This document shows, one piece after another, positions 15,347 through 23,419 of a DNA stretch of 44,317 bases. Within the stretch, counting starts at the first letter, position 1. Each line of letters begins with the position of its first letter. Origin of the DNA: an uncultured Candidatus Saccharibacteria bacterium (GTDB taxonomy: Bacteria > Patescibacteriota > Saccharimonadia > UBA4664 > CAYXHD01); the NCBI GenBank assembly GCA_964585425.1, contig CAZPDI010000003.1, positions 1 to 44,317 on the forward strand, in the 5' to 3' direction. Under the pieces are notes generated by a model. The model was not told the DNA's origin, made no database searches, and worked only from the letters and a program-made list of their open reading frames with translations. Position numbers and translations under genes: made by a program.

Positions 15347-18064
15347 ATGGCGACAATTACCGCTAACACAGGATCAAACAACTGGAACACTAATGCCGCC
15401 TGGGTTGGAGGTTCTCAGCCCACGGCTGCCGACGATGTTGTTATTCCGGCTTCGGCGGTCGTTACTATACCCTCTGCAACCAGCGTAGTGGGTAGGTCTT
15501 TGACCGTACAAGCTAGCGGGACATTAGCTTTTGCAGCAACAACCTCTACGTTATCTCTTGGTAATGCCACCGCAGGAGCTGGTAATGTGGCCCTGTCTAT
15601 TAGTGCGAGCGCCACAATTACCTTAACGGCAATAGGTACAATAAACTTAGTATCCACGTCCACCACACAGCAAACCATTGATGCCGGTGGTAAAACATTG
15701 CCAAACATTACGGTAAACGGCGCCGGTTCAAGCTATATATTGTCTAGCGCACTTACTTCATCAGGTAACTTAGTGCTCAACGCAGGTACGTTTAATACCA
15801 ATAATTTGGCGATGACCCTTGCGACTCTGTCCGTCGGTGCCAGCGGTGTAAGAACGATGACACTGGGCTCTTCGGCTATTACCTTAACAGGTTCATCTAG
15901 TGTTTTTTCATTTGGTAACCTAACTAACCTAACATTTACCGCCAATACTGCCGTACTGACGATAACCGCGGCGGTTGTTAGTTTTAATAACATTGTTGTG
16001 ATGAATAGCTTTAATTGGAACGGATTATCGCTCGTCATTACTGCGGCGCAGGCCGCCACAGTAAATATATCTGGAGCAACCATCCGCAATTTAACCATTA
16101 CCGGGACTGCCATAAAAACCACTGAGTTTCGTTTTAATGGTAGTTTTACCATCACCGACACATTATCTGTAGTGGGCAATTCATCTGTTAATAGAGTGTT
16201 ATTGTCCACGACTACCAGAGGTACGGCAGCTGCACTAACTACTACAACGCTCGGTACGATGTCCAATGTAGACTTAATGGATATTACTGCGGCAGGTGCT
16301 TCTTCCCCCTGGAATCTAGCCTCTATTACAGGCCTATCGGGGGATTGCGGTGGCAATTCTAATATTACCTTTACGGCTCCAGTCGCTCAGACTATCTCGG
16401 TCGCAGGATCGTGGGACGATTCAAGTAAATGGACATCACGTGTCCCGCTTCCGCAAGATGATGTTACGGTTAGTGGCTCATCTGCCATCACCCTTAACAT
16501 GCCTCGTTTTGGTAAAAGCATAAACATGTCCGGTTATACAGGCACCATGACCCTTACGAGTTCCACAGGAACATGCGAATTTTATGGCAGCATGACCCTC
16601 GGTTCTGGTATGAGCTGGGGAACATCTCCGACCACATTTAACATATCGGCTGGTGGACGTAGTTCGTACACGATAGCCTCTAATGGTAAAGACTTTTTTC
16701 CGGCAAGCACCACGGCATCTTTTGCCATCTCTGCTCCAAACGGAACATATACGCTTACGGATGCCCTCAAAACTAAAAGTCCCACATCGGGGTCATTTAA
16801 CATAAGTGCCGGATCATTTAATAGTGCTAATTACTCGATTGATACAGGTTTATTTTGGTCGCAGAGCACCACAACTCGGGCGGTAAGCTTGGGAACGTCA
16901 GTCGTAACATTATATGCCGTAGGTGGGTCTACTATTGTGTCATTTGCTGGTGCCGGAATTACCGGCAGTATGGAAAATGCTACTTTTACGGTCCTCAGTG
17001 CAAGTGCTAGTACTCGAACCGTAAATACTAACGATGTGACAATAGGCACCTTTACCTATACGGTGGCCGGATCGACGGGACCACTCTCCATAAGTGGCAA
17101 TAGTTCGTTTAACACGCTTAACTTTTCGGATGCTACTAATGCTCGAACATTGCAGATATCGGCGGGTATACGCCTTGCCGTAAACAGTAACTTTAACGTA
17201 TTTGGTACTTCGGGTAAGTTGGTAACGTTAAAGTCGGCAACGGGCGGATCAAAGGCATATGTTAGTAAACCGTATGGCGGACCAATAGCTGGCGTAGATT
17301 ACCTTTCGATACAAGACATACATGGTTATGAGGCGCTCAACTTTTATGTGGGTGCGAACTGTATTGATGTATCTGGCAATGCCAATATTTATTTTAATAC
17401 CACAACGACGTATAAGCATCGTCAAAGTACGATGAACATGACAGCCTCATTGGCCACCTCAGCTTCGGCTACATTCCCGACCTCTACCACAGCTGGCAAT
17501 TTACTGGTGGCCTTTGTGAATAGTGCTAATGCAACTGGTGGAGGCGTAACATTTACGTCAGGCTGGACACAAGCGGTAATATCAACAAGTGCCGGGTCGG
17601 CTTATCTCTATTATAAAAAAGCTGACGGTACAGAGACATCGGTAACACATACCCAAACAAGTGCCCGAATTATAACTATTGGCTTATTTGAATACCAGGG
17701 CTTTACCGGTGACCCAACGCTTGATGTGACAAGTAGTAATATAAGTACAGCAAGCGTATCAGCGCTCTCCACCACCTCTACTACGGGGCCTACAAACGTA
17801 AGTCAGCCAGCATTGGCATTAGCTTTTGTTGGGGGAACATCCAACCTGGCACAATGGGTGTCTGCTACTAATAGCTTTTTACCCGATTACACAACGGGTG
17901 TGCCAAGCACTGGTTACTTGCATGCCGTTGTCAAGGAGCTCACCACATCGGCAGCCGTAGAAACAACGATTGGCTGGACAACGGCTCGAGCTAATGTGTA
18001 TACCGGCCTGGCCGTGTTCAAAAATGTGATTACGAGCAACGGCAACTTCTTGCAATTTTTTTAA
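15347..18064 (+). CDS. large Thr/Ser/Asn/Ala-rich beta-helix/fibre-like protein (905 aa), no signal peptide
   Basis: The start abuts the upstream stop (TAAATG). The N-terminus reads NWNTNAAWVGGSQPTAADDVVIP, followed by a long repetitive beta-strand-like sequence and a non-repetitive C-terminal stretch of about 200 aa. Confidence 0.55.
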   Translation: MATITANTGSNNWNTNAAWVGGSQPTAADDVVIPASAVVTIPSATSVVGRSLTVQASGTLAFAATTSTLSLGNATAGAGNVALSISASATITLTAIGTINLVSTSTTQQTIDAGGKTLPNITVNGAGSSYILSSALTSSGNLVLNAGTFNTNNLAMTLATLSVGASGVRTMTLGSSAITLTGSSSVFSFGNLTNLTFTANTAVLTITAAVVSFNNIVVMNSFNWNGLSLVITAAQAATVNISGATIRNLTITGTAIKTTEFRFNGSFTITDTLSVVGNSSVNRVLLSTTTRGTAAALTTTTLGTMSNVDLMDITAAGASSPWNLASITGLSGDCGGNSNITFTAPVAQTISVAGSWDDSSKWTSRVPLPQDDVTVSGSSAITLNMPRFGKSINMSGYTGTMTLTSSTGTCEFYGSMTLGSGMSWGTSPTTFNISAGGRSSYTIASNGKDFFPASTTASFAISAPNGTYTLTDALKTKSPTSGSFNISAGSFNSANYSIDTGLFWSQSTTTRAVSLGTSVVTLYAVGGSTIVSFAGAGITGSMENATFTVLSASASTRTVNTNDVTIGTFTYTVAGSTGPLSISGNSSFNTLNFSDATNARTLQISAGIRLAVNSNFNVFGTSGKLVTLKSATGGSKAYVSKPYGGPIAGVDYLSIQDIHGYEALNFYVGANCIDVSGNANIYFNTTTTYKHRQSTMNMTASLATSASATFPTSTTAGNLLVAFVNSANATGGGVTFTSGWTQAVISTSAGSAYLYYKKADGTETSVTHTQTSARIITIGLFEYQGFTGDPTLDVTSSNISTASVSALSTTSTTGPTNVSQPALALAFVGGTSNLAQWVSATNSFLPDYTTGVPSTGYLHAVVKELTTSAAVETTIGWTTARANVYTGLAVFKNVITSNGNFLQFF

Positions 18065-18070
18065 GCTAAC

Positions 18071-18104
18071 AAAAAACAGCCGCGTGGTGTAAACGGCTGT
18101 TTTA
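18071..18104. terminator. bidirectional intrinsic terminator between convergent genes
   Basis: Stem AACAGCCG (18075..18082) pairs with CGGCTGTT (18094..18101). An A-run precedes it and a T-run follows. Confidence 0.7.
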
Positions 18105-18122
18105 AGGTTGTGATTGTGCTAA

Positions 18123-18680
18123 CTAAGCTTCGAGTTCGCGACGAGCTTCGGAAGCTAGGGCAATCATCAGTGGACCACTAATGAGGGCGTAGAGACCGAG
18201 CACCCACACAAAGGCGATACCGCCAGCCACTGGTTGGCGCAGAACAACTAAGCCTGCGATCAGGCCTACAAGACCACCGAGACCGTTTAGTACGCGGTGA
18301 CCAGCTTCGCTGCTGTCTACAAAGGCACGTACGATCTGCACGACACCACGGACGGTGAAGGCGATACCAACCAACAGGATGAAGGTGGCGAGGGTCACGG
18401 TGAGGTGACGTACCAGGTATACACCAATACCGAGTTCTAGGAAGCTGAGCAGCATATCCATGAACCAGTATTTATTATTACGTAGGGTTACAATTGACAT
18501 GATCATGCCAATCAGGCCGCCAACAATCATGAAGGCGCTAAAGACGTACACCAGGGTTACTAGGGTCAGGCCTGGCCAGAACAGGGCGACGAGACCAAAC
18601 AGAATTGCGACTACACCACGGACAGTCAGAGCGGTAATCTCTTGGCTGACCAGAGTCTTTTCGTTAGTTTGCTTTGCCAT
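18123..18680 (-). CDS. HdeD-family (DUF308) membrane protein
   Basis: Repeated DUF308-type TM hairpins (WPGLTLVTLVYVFSAFMIVGG). AAGGAG RBS. Confidence 0.7.
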   Translation of the reverse strand: MAKQTNEKTLVSQEITALTVRGVVAILFGLVALFWPGLTLVTLVYVFSAFMIVGGLIGMIMSIVTLRNNKYWFMDMLLSFLELGIGVYLVRHLTVTLATFILLVGIAFTVRGVVQIVRAFVDSSEAGHRVLNGLGGLVGLIAGLVVLRQPVAGGIAFVWVLGLYALISGPLMIALASEARRELEA

Positions 18681-18755
18681 TATGGGAAACTCCTTTTACA
18701 AAGGTATTATCTGCCCGCCGTTTACACCTGTCAATAGGTGTCGTATGCTAGATGA

Positions 18756-19292
18756 ATGAAGAAGCTTACCCTTATTATTGGCTTGGCACTGCTGAGCGCC
18801 GGCCTTTACTTGATGCTGATTATTGTATTGCCCTATATTCCGGCGCAAAAAAATCCTACAGAAAAGCAAAAAAGTGAACTTTCGGTCGACAGTGTTACCG
18901 TCCCTTCGGTGGGCATTTACGCGCCAATTATCCAGGGTAATGCCGATGCCCTAAACCAAGGGGCTTGGCATCGGTTCCCAGAGCGAGGTAATCCGGTTAA
19001 GGGCGGCACCTTTATTCTTTCGGCACATAGCTTTGTATTTCGTCTTAATCCACTCCAGAGTCGTCAAGACTCTTATTTCTTTAATCTTCATAAGGCAAAA
19101 GTAGGGGACAAGATACATGTTGTATGGGATAAAAAAGAGTATACCTACACGGTAAGTAAGCTTTACGAGGTGCAGCCAAATGCCGTGGAGATAGAAGAGG
19201 TGAATGGTACAGATCATCTGGTGATGTACACCTGTACACCAGGAGGCAGTGCCGATGGGCGAGTCGTGATCGAGGCCCTACCGGACTTTTAG
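18756..19292 (+). CDS. sortase-family transpeptidase (probably class E-like, LAxTG-specific)
   Basis: N-terminal TM anchor, catalytic His (ILSAHSF), TLxTC-type motif LVMYTCTP, and Arg (GRVVIEA). The LASTG substrates at 5001..6518 and 44075..44287 suggest the specificity. Confidence 0.8.
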   Translation: MKKLTLIIGLALLSAGLYLMLIIVLPYIPAQKNPTEKQKSELSVDSVTVPSVGIYAPIIQGNADALNQGAWHRFPERGNPVKGGTFILSAHSFVFRLNPLQSRQDSYFFNLHKAKVGDKIHVVWDKKEYTYTVSKLYEVQPNAVEIEEVNGTDHLVMYTCTPGGSADGRVVIEALPDF

Positions 19293-19505
19293 CTATTTTA
19301 TTTTATTCAAAAAGCTGGCTCGGTCAGTAGCACCGCCATAGGTACCGCTCCCATAGCCTTGATCCTGGCCCTTGGCCGTATTGAGTGCTCCAATAAACCT
19401 GGCAATGCCGATAATGCCAGCAACGGTCACGGCGGCAAGTTTTAAAAACTCACCACGGTCCATTTTTCGTTCCATTAACTCGTCAAGGCTTTCGCGGATG
19501 GCCAT
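19293..19505 (-). CDS. small protein with Tat-signal-like N-region (DRGEFLK) and one TM/h-region
   Basis: AAGGAG RBS 5 nt upstream. MERKMDRGEFLKLAAVTVAGIIGIARFIGA resembles an RRxFLK twin-arginine signal with Gly replacing the second Arg. Confidence 0.5.
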   Translation of the reverse strand: MAIRESLDELMERKMDRGEFLKLAAVTVAGIIGIARFIGALNTAKGQDQGYGSGTYGGATDRASFLNKIK

Positions 19506-19547
19506 GCTACTCCTTAGTTCTTGTGCTTATTATAGATCAATCGCTGG

Positions 19548-20156
19548 TTAGTTGGTAGTGGCGGTATAGGTTACTTGCGTGGTGTAGGTGCCGTTGAGCA
19601 CGCTCGTGTCGGCACATAATCCATACCAAACCGTGGTCGTAACGGCGGGATTAGCAGCCGAATTACTGCTTTGTATGGTTGCCGGCGCCGCATTGCTGGC
19701 TGGTACGCCCGCAAAACTCGAGATTGGAGCCGTAATATTGGATTGAGCGCTGGTAGGGCCGCTCCCAAAACCACTATAGCCATCGATTCTCCAGCCCCAG
19801 GCATTGGGATTCATAATGGCCGGACTGGCTGCGCTGCCTGACGACGTGGCAATGGTTGATGAGCCATTTACTAGATTTGTATCGGTGGTGCTGCTGGCCA
19901 GTTGCACGCTATAACCGGCGGTACTGTCGGTTAAGACGCTTACGGCGTCACTAGCAATCGAGCAGGCGCCTACTTGGGTGGGGGTTATGTCGAGGTTTAC
20001 GGCACCATCGCTGCTAAGCGTGATGGAGCATGAGCCGTAGTTACAATCGCCATAACTACCCGCTCCGTAGCTGGTGCTGTCGGTGGTGTTGGCCAGTGCG
20101 GTGGCCGGCAGTAGTATAAGTGCTGCGATTAGTAGCTTACGAGGTAACCTTATCAT
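19548..20156 (-). CDS. secreted beta-rich protein, paralogue of 21047..21634 (WxL/SCPU-like)
   Basis: Signal peptide (...PATALA). Collinear similarity to the 195-aa paralogue: SDxVxV, AGYxxxLA, WGxRxDG..GFGxGPT, WY...ADTS...GTYTxxVxYTAxTN. Confidence 0.6.
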   Translation of the reverse strand: MIRLPRKLLIAALILLPATALANTTDSTSYGAGSYGDCNYGSCSITLSSDGAVNLDITPTQVGACSIASDAVSVLTDSTAGYSVQLASSTTDTNLVNGSSTIATSSGSAASPAIMNPNAWGWRIDGYSGFGSGPTSAQSNITAPISSFAGVPASNAAPATIQSSNSAANPAVTTTVWYGLCADTSVLNGTYTTQVTYTATTN

Positions 20157-21045
20157 GTTCCTTTTTCTCTAACTTGCGAGCTTTGCGACGTCGATAGGTC
20201 TTTTTCGATACATACATTAGTACGACTAAACCAATCAGCAGGATGAGGCCACGCTGAATCTCCTGACTCATGACGAGTACATATTTAGTAGTTAGGGGAG
20301 TGCTTTTACCAAAGATTTCAACACTGCCCTGAACCTTAAAAATTCCCAATGCCGGAGTTTTTTCCCATTCGATGGTCACGCGACGATTTTTTTCTGGCAG
20401 AACATTACGTTTTTGAGCGTATGCCAGCTTGGTGTTGCCAAATACGTCTTGGACGGTAGTTTTAATGGTGGCCGCAAAGTGAACCGACCCAGTATTTTCG
20501 ATGCGCAGTAATTGCTGCAGATTAGGTTGCTGGAACCACGGTACCGACCAAGTCGCTACCGACCCTTGTTCTATGGCATCGCCAGCGACACGAATATAGG
20601 CGACGGTGCCAACCCGCTTTTGAGTTGTTACGCCAGTTCCTTCGGCTTTAGATTCGGTTTCGGCAAAAATGACTGCGTAGTATCCGCCCGGCTTAGTGTC
20701 GGCGGGCACAGAGATAGTGTAGGTAAGCGCTGATGTGCTAAATGGTTCAAGACGAGTCTTGGCCGGCTTAAGCGTAAACCAGCTGGCCACGTCAGCTGCT
20801 CCCGCAATGGGCGTAAAGCTTGGGTCGTAGTCTTCGCCAGTTATGCTGTAAGGAGCAGCGTATACTTTGAAGTCAAAAGGACTATCGGCTTGATTTAATA
20901 CCTGGGTCTGTCCGCTAATGGTTTGGCCCGGGATAATTACTTTATCGATCGATGTAGGCGTGACGGTAATTGCTTGGGCAGCCTGACTCGCTTGAGGTAT
21001 AAAGAGCGCAATAAGTACCCCCAGTGCAAGCACCAGATGCTTCAT
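20137..21045 (-). CDS. signal-peptide protein with C-terminal TM anchor and basic tail (DUF916/DUF3324-like or chaperone-like Ig fold)
   Basis: N-terminal signal (...SQAAQA), a beta-rich ectodomain, and a C-terminal LILLIGLVVLMYV helix followed by KKTYRRRKARK. This matches the layout of CscA-type proteins in WxL loci (from memory). Confidence 0.55.
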   Translation of the reverse strand: MKHLVLALGVLIALFIPQASQAAQAITVTPTSIDKVIIPGQTISGQTQVLNQADSPFDFKVYAAPYSITGEDYDPSFTPIAGAADVASWFTLKPAKTRLEPFSTSALTYTISVPADTKPGGYYAVIFAETESKAEGTGVTTQKRVGTVAYIRVAGDAIEQGSVATWSVPWFQQPNLQQLLRIENTGSVHFAATIKTTVQDVFGNTKLAYAQKRNVLPEKNRRVTIEWEKTPALGIFKVQGSVEIFGKSTPLTTKYVLVMSQEIQRGLILLIGLVVLMYVSKKTYRRRKARKLEKKEHDKVTS

Positions 21046-21046
21046 G

Positions 21047-21634
21047 CTAGTTGGTCACCGCAGTATACACTACCGTATTAGTGTAGGTGCCAGGAGGTGT
21101 ACTGGTATCGGCGCTCACTTGATACCAAATAGTGGTGACATCGTTGGTAGCCGGAGCCGATGTAGTTTTAAGAGTGTTTGGACTGGCTGTTGCCGGTACG
21201 GCGGCAAATGTACGACTGCCAATGGCCTGATTACTGGCCGAGGTAGTTGGTCCCGCGCCAAAACCACCAAGACCATCAACTCGGTAGCCCCAGGTATTAA
21301 CAGCGGCCACCACCGGGCTGGCTTGGGTGCCGGATGAGGCCGGAATGGTGTCTGAGCCCGAAACTAAGTCCGTCGAGGCACCTGCTTCTGCTAATTTGAG
21401 GGTGTAGCCGGCGGCGTTGTTGGTGCTAACCGTTACCGTGTCGCTGGCAATTGTTTGCGCGCCCGCACCAGAAGGGGCCACATCTACATTAATGGTGCCG
21501 CTGGTGGTAAAAAGGCCGATAACGCCACTAATATCGGAGCTAATAATGGTATTGCTCGTAGCTGCGCCAACGGCTACCGGAGCAAGGACGACCGCAGCAA
21601 GAGCCAAGCTAAATAAAGGTTTTTTGTATCTCAT
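21047..21634 (-). CDS. secreted beta-rich protein, paralogue of 19548..20156 (WxL/SCPU-like)
   Basis: Signal peptide (...VAVGAAT). See the paralogue alignment under 19548..20156. Confidence 0.6.
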   Translation of the reverse strand: MRYKKPLFSLALAAVVLAPVAVGAATSNTIISSDISGVIGLFTTSGTINVDVAPSGAGAQTIASDTVTVSTNNAAGYTLKLAEAGASTDLVSGSDTIPASSGTQASPVVAAVNTWGYRVDGLGGFGAGPTTSASNQAIGSRTFAAVPATASPNTLKTTSAPATNDVTTIWYQVSADTSTPPGTYTNTVVYTAVTN

Positions 21635-21670
21635 AGTAATCAGTACTTGTTATGCTTAAATTATACCCGA

Positions 21671-22627
21671 CTAATGGGCATTGCGTAAATCTAGAACCTT
21701 TGGATGGGGCTTATTGCTAAGTTTGGACGGGCCAATAAGCACCCGTCTTGTGGTTTTTTTTATGACGGGCGCAGGTGCAGTCGCCCTAGCAGCACGTACT
21801 AGCTGTTCGGGTTCCGGTTCTGGTTGCGGCGCCGGCGCACTGGCTGGCTCGATGTTTGCCTGATCAGCTTCGCGCAGCGCTTCTATAAGCATGGCGATTC
21901 GTACCTCTCGTTTTTGGGCTCGAGTCATACGATGATTCCAGCGCACCATTATAACCGAGAGCTCAAAGAGCAGAACAATTGGCAGGGCGATTACAAACTG
22001 CGTGACCGGATCATAGGTGAATGGCATAATTAGCGCCACAATCAGGCTACCCACAATAACGTGTCGACGATATTTGGTTAGTTGCCGGGGCTTGAGCGGA
22101 TGGATGCGATCGATAATAGAGATAATCAGTGGCAGTTGAAAGAGCAGGGCAAAGGTTGCCAGGATGCCTAATACAAAGTTGAGGTAGGAATCTGCAGATA
22201 TGAGGGGTCGAACGGCCTGACCACCAAACTCACTAAAGAACGTTAAGCTGGTTGGCAGAATCGCCAGGTAGGCAAAAACGATTCCAATAGCCGCCAACAC
22301 AAACGACCAAATCAGGGTTCGGCGCATCAATTTGCTTGTTAGTCGTTTGCCAACAGCCGGTTCTACAAAGTGCAAGAGCTGATGTACAATGACTGGCACG
22401 GCAGCGATAAAGCCAGCCGTCATAATCACGCGCATAAAAAATTCAAATCCACCTTGCGGCGTACTGTAGTACACCGATTGACCAAGGGGATTAAGTATGA
22501 GCTTGGTGAGTGGTTCACGCACGGCATACCCAACGCCACACCATACAATAAAGACAGCAACCACGCGCATCAGTCGCGATCGCAACTCATGAATATGTTC
22601 TCGCAAAGATGCTTCTTTTTTACTCAC
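21671..22627 (-). CDS. tatC: twin-arginine translocase subunit TatC
   Basis: N-terminal EHIHELRSRL motif and six TM helices. The extended Pro/Ala-rich C-terminal tail is unusual. Confidence 0.85.
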   Translation of the reverse strand: MSKKEASLREHIHELRSRLMRVVAVFIVWCGVGYAVREPLTKLILNPLGQSVYYSTPQGGFEFFMRVIMTAGFIAAVPVIVHQLLHFVEPAVGKRLTSKLMRRTLIWSFVLAAIGIVFAYLAILPTSLTFFSEFGGQAVRPLISADSYLNFVLGILATFALLFQLPLIISIIDRIHPLKPRQLTKYRRHVIVGSLIVALIMPFTYDPVTQFVIALPIVLLFELSVIMVRWNHRMTRAQKREVRIAMLIEALREADQANIEPASAPAPQPEPEPEQLVRAARATAPAPVIKKTTRRVLIGPSKLSNKPHPKVLDLRNAH

Positions 22628-22649
22628 ATTCCACCACTACTGTTAGCGC

Positions 22650-22820
22650 TTATTTTTTGGTAGATTTTTTGGTTGGGGTAGGCTCATCATCTTTAAAACC
22701 ATTGCGCAGTTCTTTAATAGACTGGCCAATGCTGCGTGATAACTCCGGAAGTTTCTTGCCGCCAAACAGCACCAGGATAATGATCAGGATAATTAATAGT
22801 TCTTCGACTTTGCCAAACAT
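22650..22820 (-). CDS. tatA: twin-arginine translocase subunit TatA/E (56 aa; below the ORF-track cutoff)
   Basis: My translation is MFGKVEELLIILIIILVLFGGKKLPELSRSIGQSIKELRNGFKDDEPTPTKKSTKK. It carries the hallmark FG(G)KKLPEL hinge. GTGAGG RBS 5 nt upstream. Confidence 0.8.
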   Translation of the reverse strand: MFGKVEELLIILIIILVLFGGKKLPELSRSIGQSIKELRNGFKDDEPTPTKKSTKK

Positions 22821-22841
22821 ATAACCTCACAATTGTTATGG

Positions 22842-23144
22842 TTACAGCATAGCATAAAGCTTCTCGATGAGGCTAGGGAGTTCTTGGCGGTAGGCTTGAT
22901 CTTGCTGGGCGATGTATGGCGTATAGGGGACTGTAGGACCAGCTTCATTACTGCGGTGTACTGTGGGGGTAATTTCCGCGGTGGTATTGTCGTAGATCCG
23001 GATAATTCTGTCTTGGTCATTAACGATAATAATCCGAACGGTACTAATTTGAGAACGAACTTCGGTGGTGGCAGCCCGAGCAAGCGGCGCCCATAGAGCT
23101 ACTATAAAAATACTTATTATTATCTGTTTGAGAACCTGCCGCAT
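22842..23144 (-). CDS. hypothetical secreted 100-aa protein
   Basis: Signal peptide MRQVLKQIIISIFIVALWAPLARA/A. First gene of the minus-strand run that ends at 19293. Confidence 0.5.
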   Translation of the reverse strand: MRQVLKQIIISIFIVALWAPLARAATTEVRSQISTVRIIIVNDQDRIIRIYDNTTAEITPTVHRSNEAGPTVPYTPYIAQQDQAYRQELPSLIEKLYAML

Positions 23145-23283
23145 AGTGGTCTCATAATACTAGTGAATCTGTGGATAACCATGAGCATCTTTGCGTAATA
23201 ATGTTGTAAAATGCCCAAAAGTTTAATAAATTTTTAATATGTGACGTTTATAGTAATCGTGGGGTGCATAAAGAAAGGGTTCT

Positions 23284-23400
23284 ATGAATCAACTATTACA
23301 AGACGTCCTCACCAACCCAACCGCGCGTAGCCAAGAACAAATGGCTGTATCGGCAGCAACAGCCACCGAAAAGTATTTACCGTGGAGCGACGAGGCATAA
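23284..23400 (+). CDS. candidate 38-aa peptide ORF with Trp near the C-terminus (ComX-like precursor?)
   Basis: My translation is MNQLLQDVLTNPTARSQEQMAVSAATATEKYLPWSDEA. GAAAGGG lies 4 nt upstream. The ORF ends 19 nt before the HK start. It is short, so coding status is unproven. Confidence 0.3.
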   Translation: MNQLLQDVLTNPTARSQEQMAVSAATATEKYLPWSDEA

Positions 23401-23419
23401 TTAGGAAGAGTAGGTACAT

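Noticed and set aside
15415-17049. Several minus-strand ORFs (15415..15708, 15733..16356, 16582..16803, 16831..17049)
   Set aside because: All lie antisense to the 905-aa fibre gene. The Thr/Ala/Val-rich repeats keep the opposite frame open. None has a translation signal.
14771-18064. Prophage
   Set aside because: Only the two fibre-like genes are present. No capsid, terminase, portal, tape-measure, integrase or lysis genes are nearby, and the flanking genes are cellular.
23170-23178. Perfect DnaA box (TGTGGATAA is the reverse complement of TTATCCACA), hinting at oriC
   Set aside because: It is a single copy with no cluster of further boxes, no AT-rich unwinding repeats, and no dnaA or dnaN nearby. 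One perfect 9-mer in 2 x 44 kb is not far from the chance expectation.
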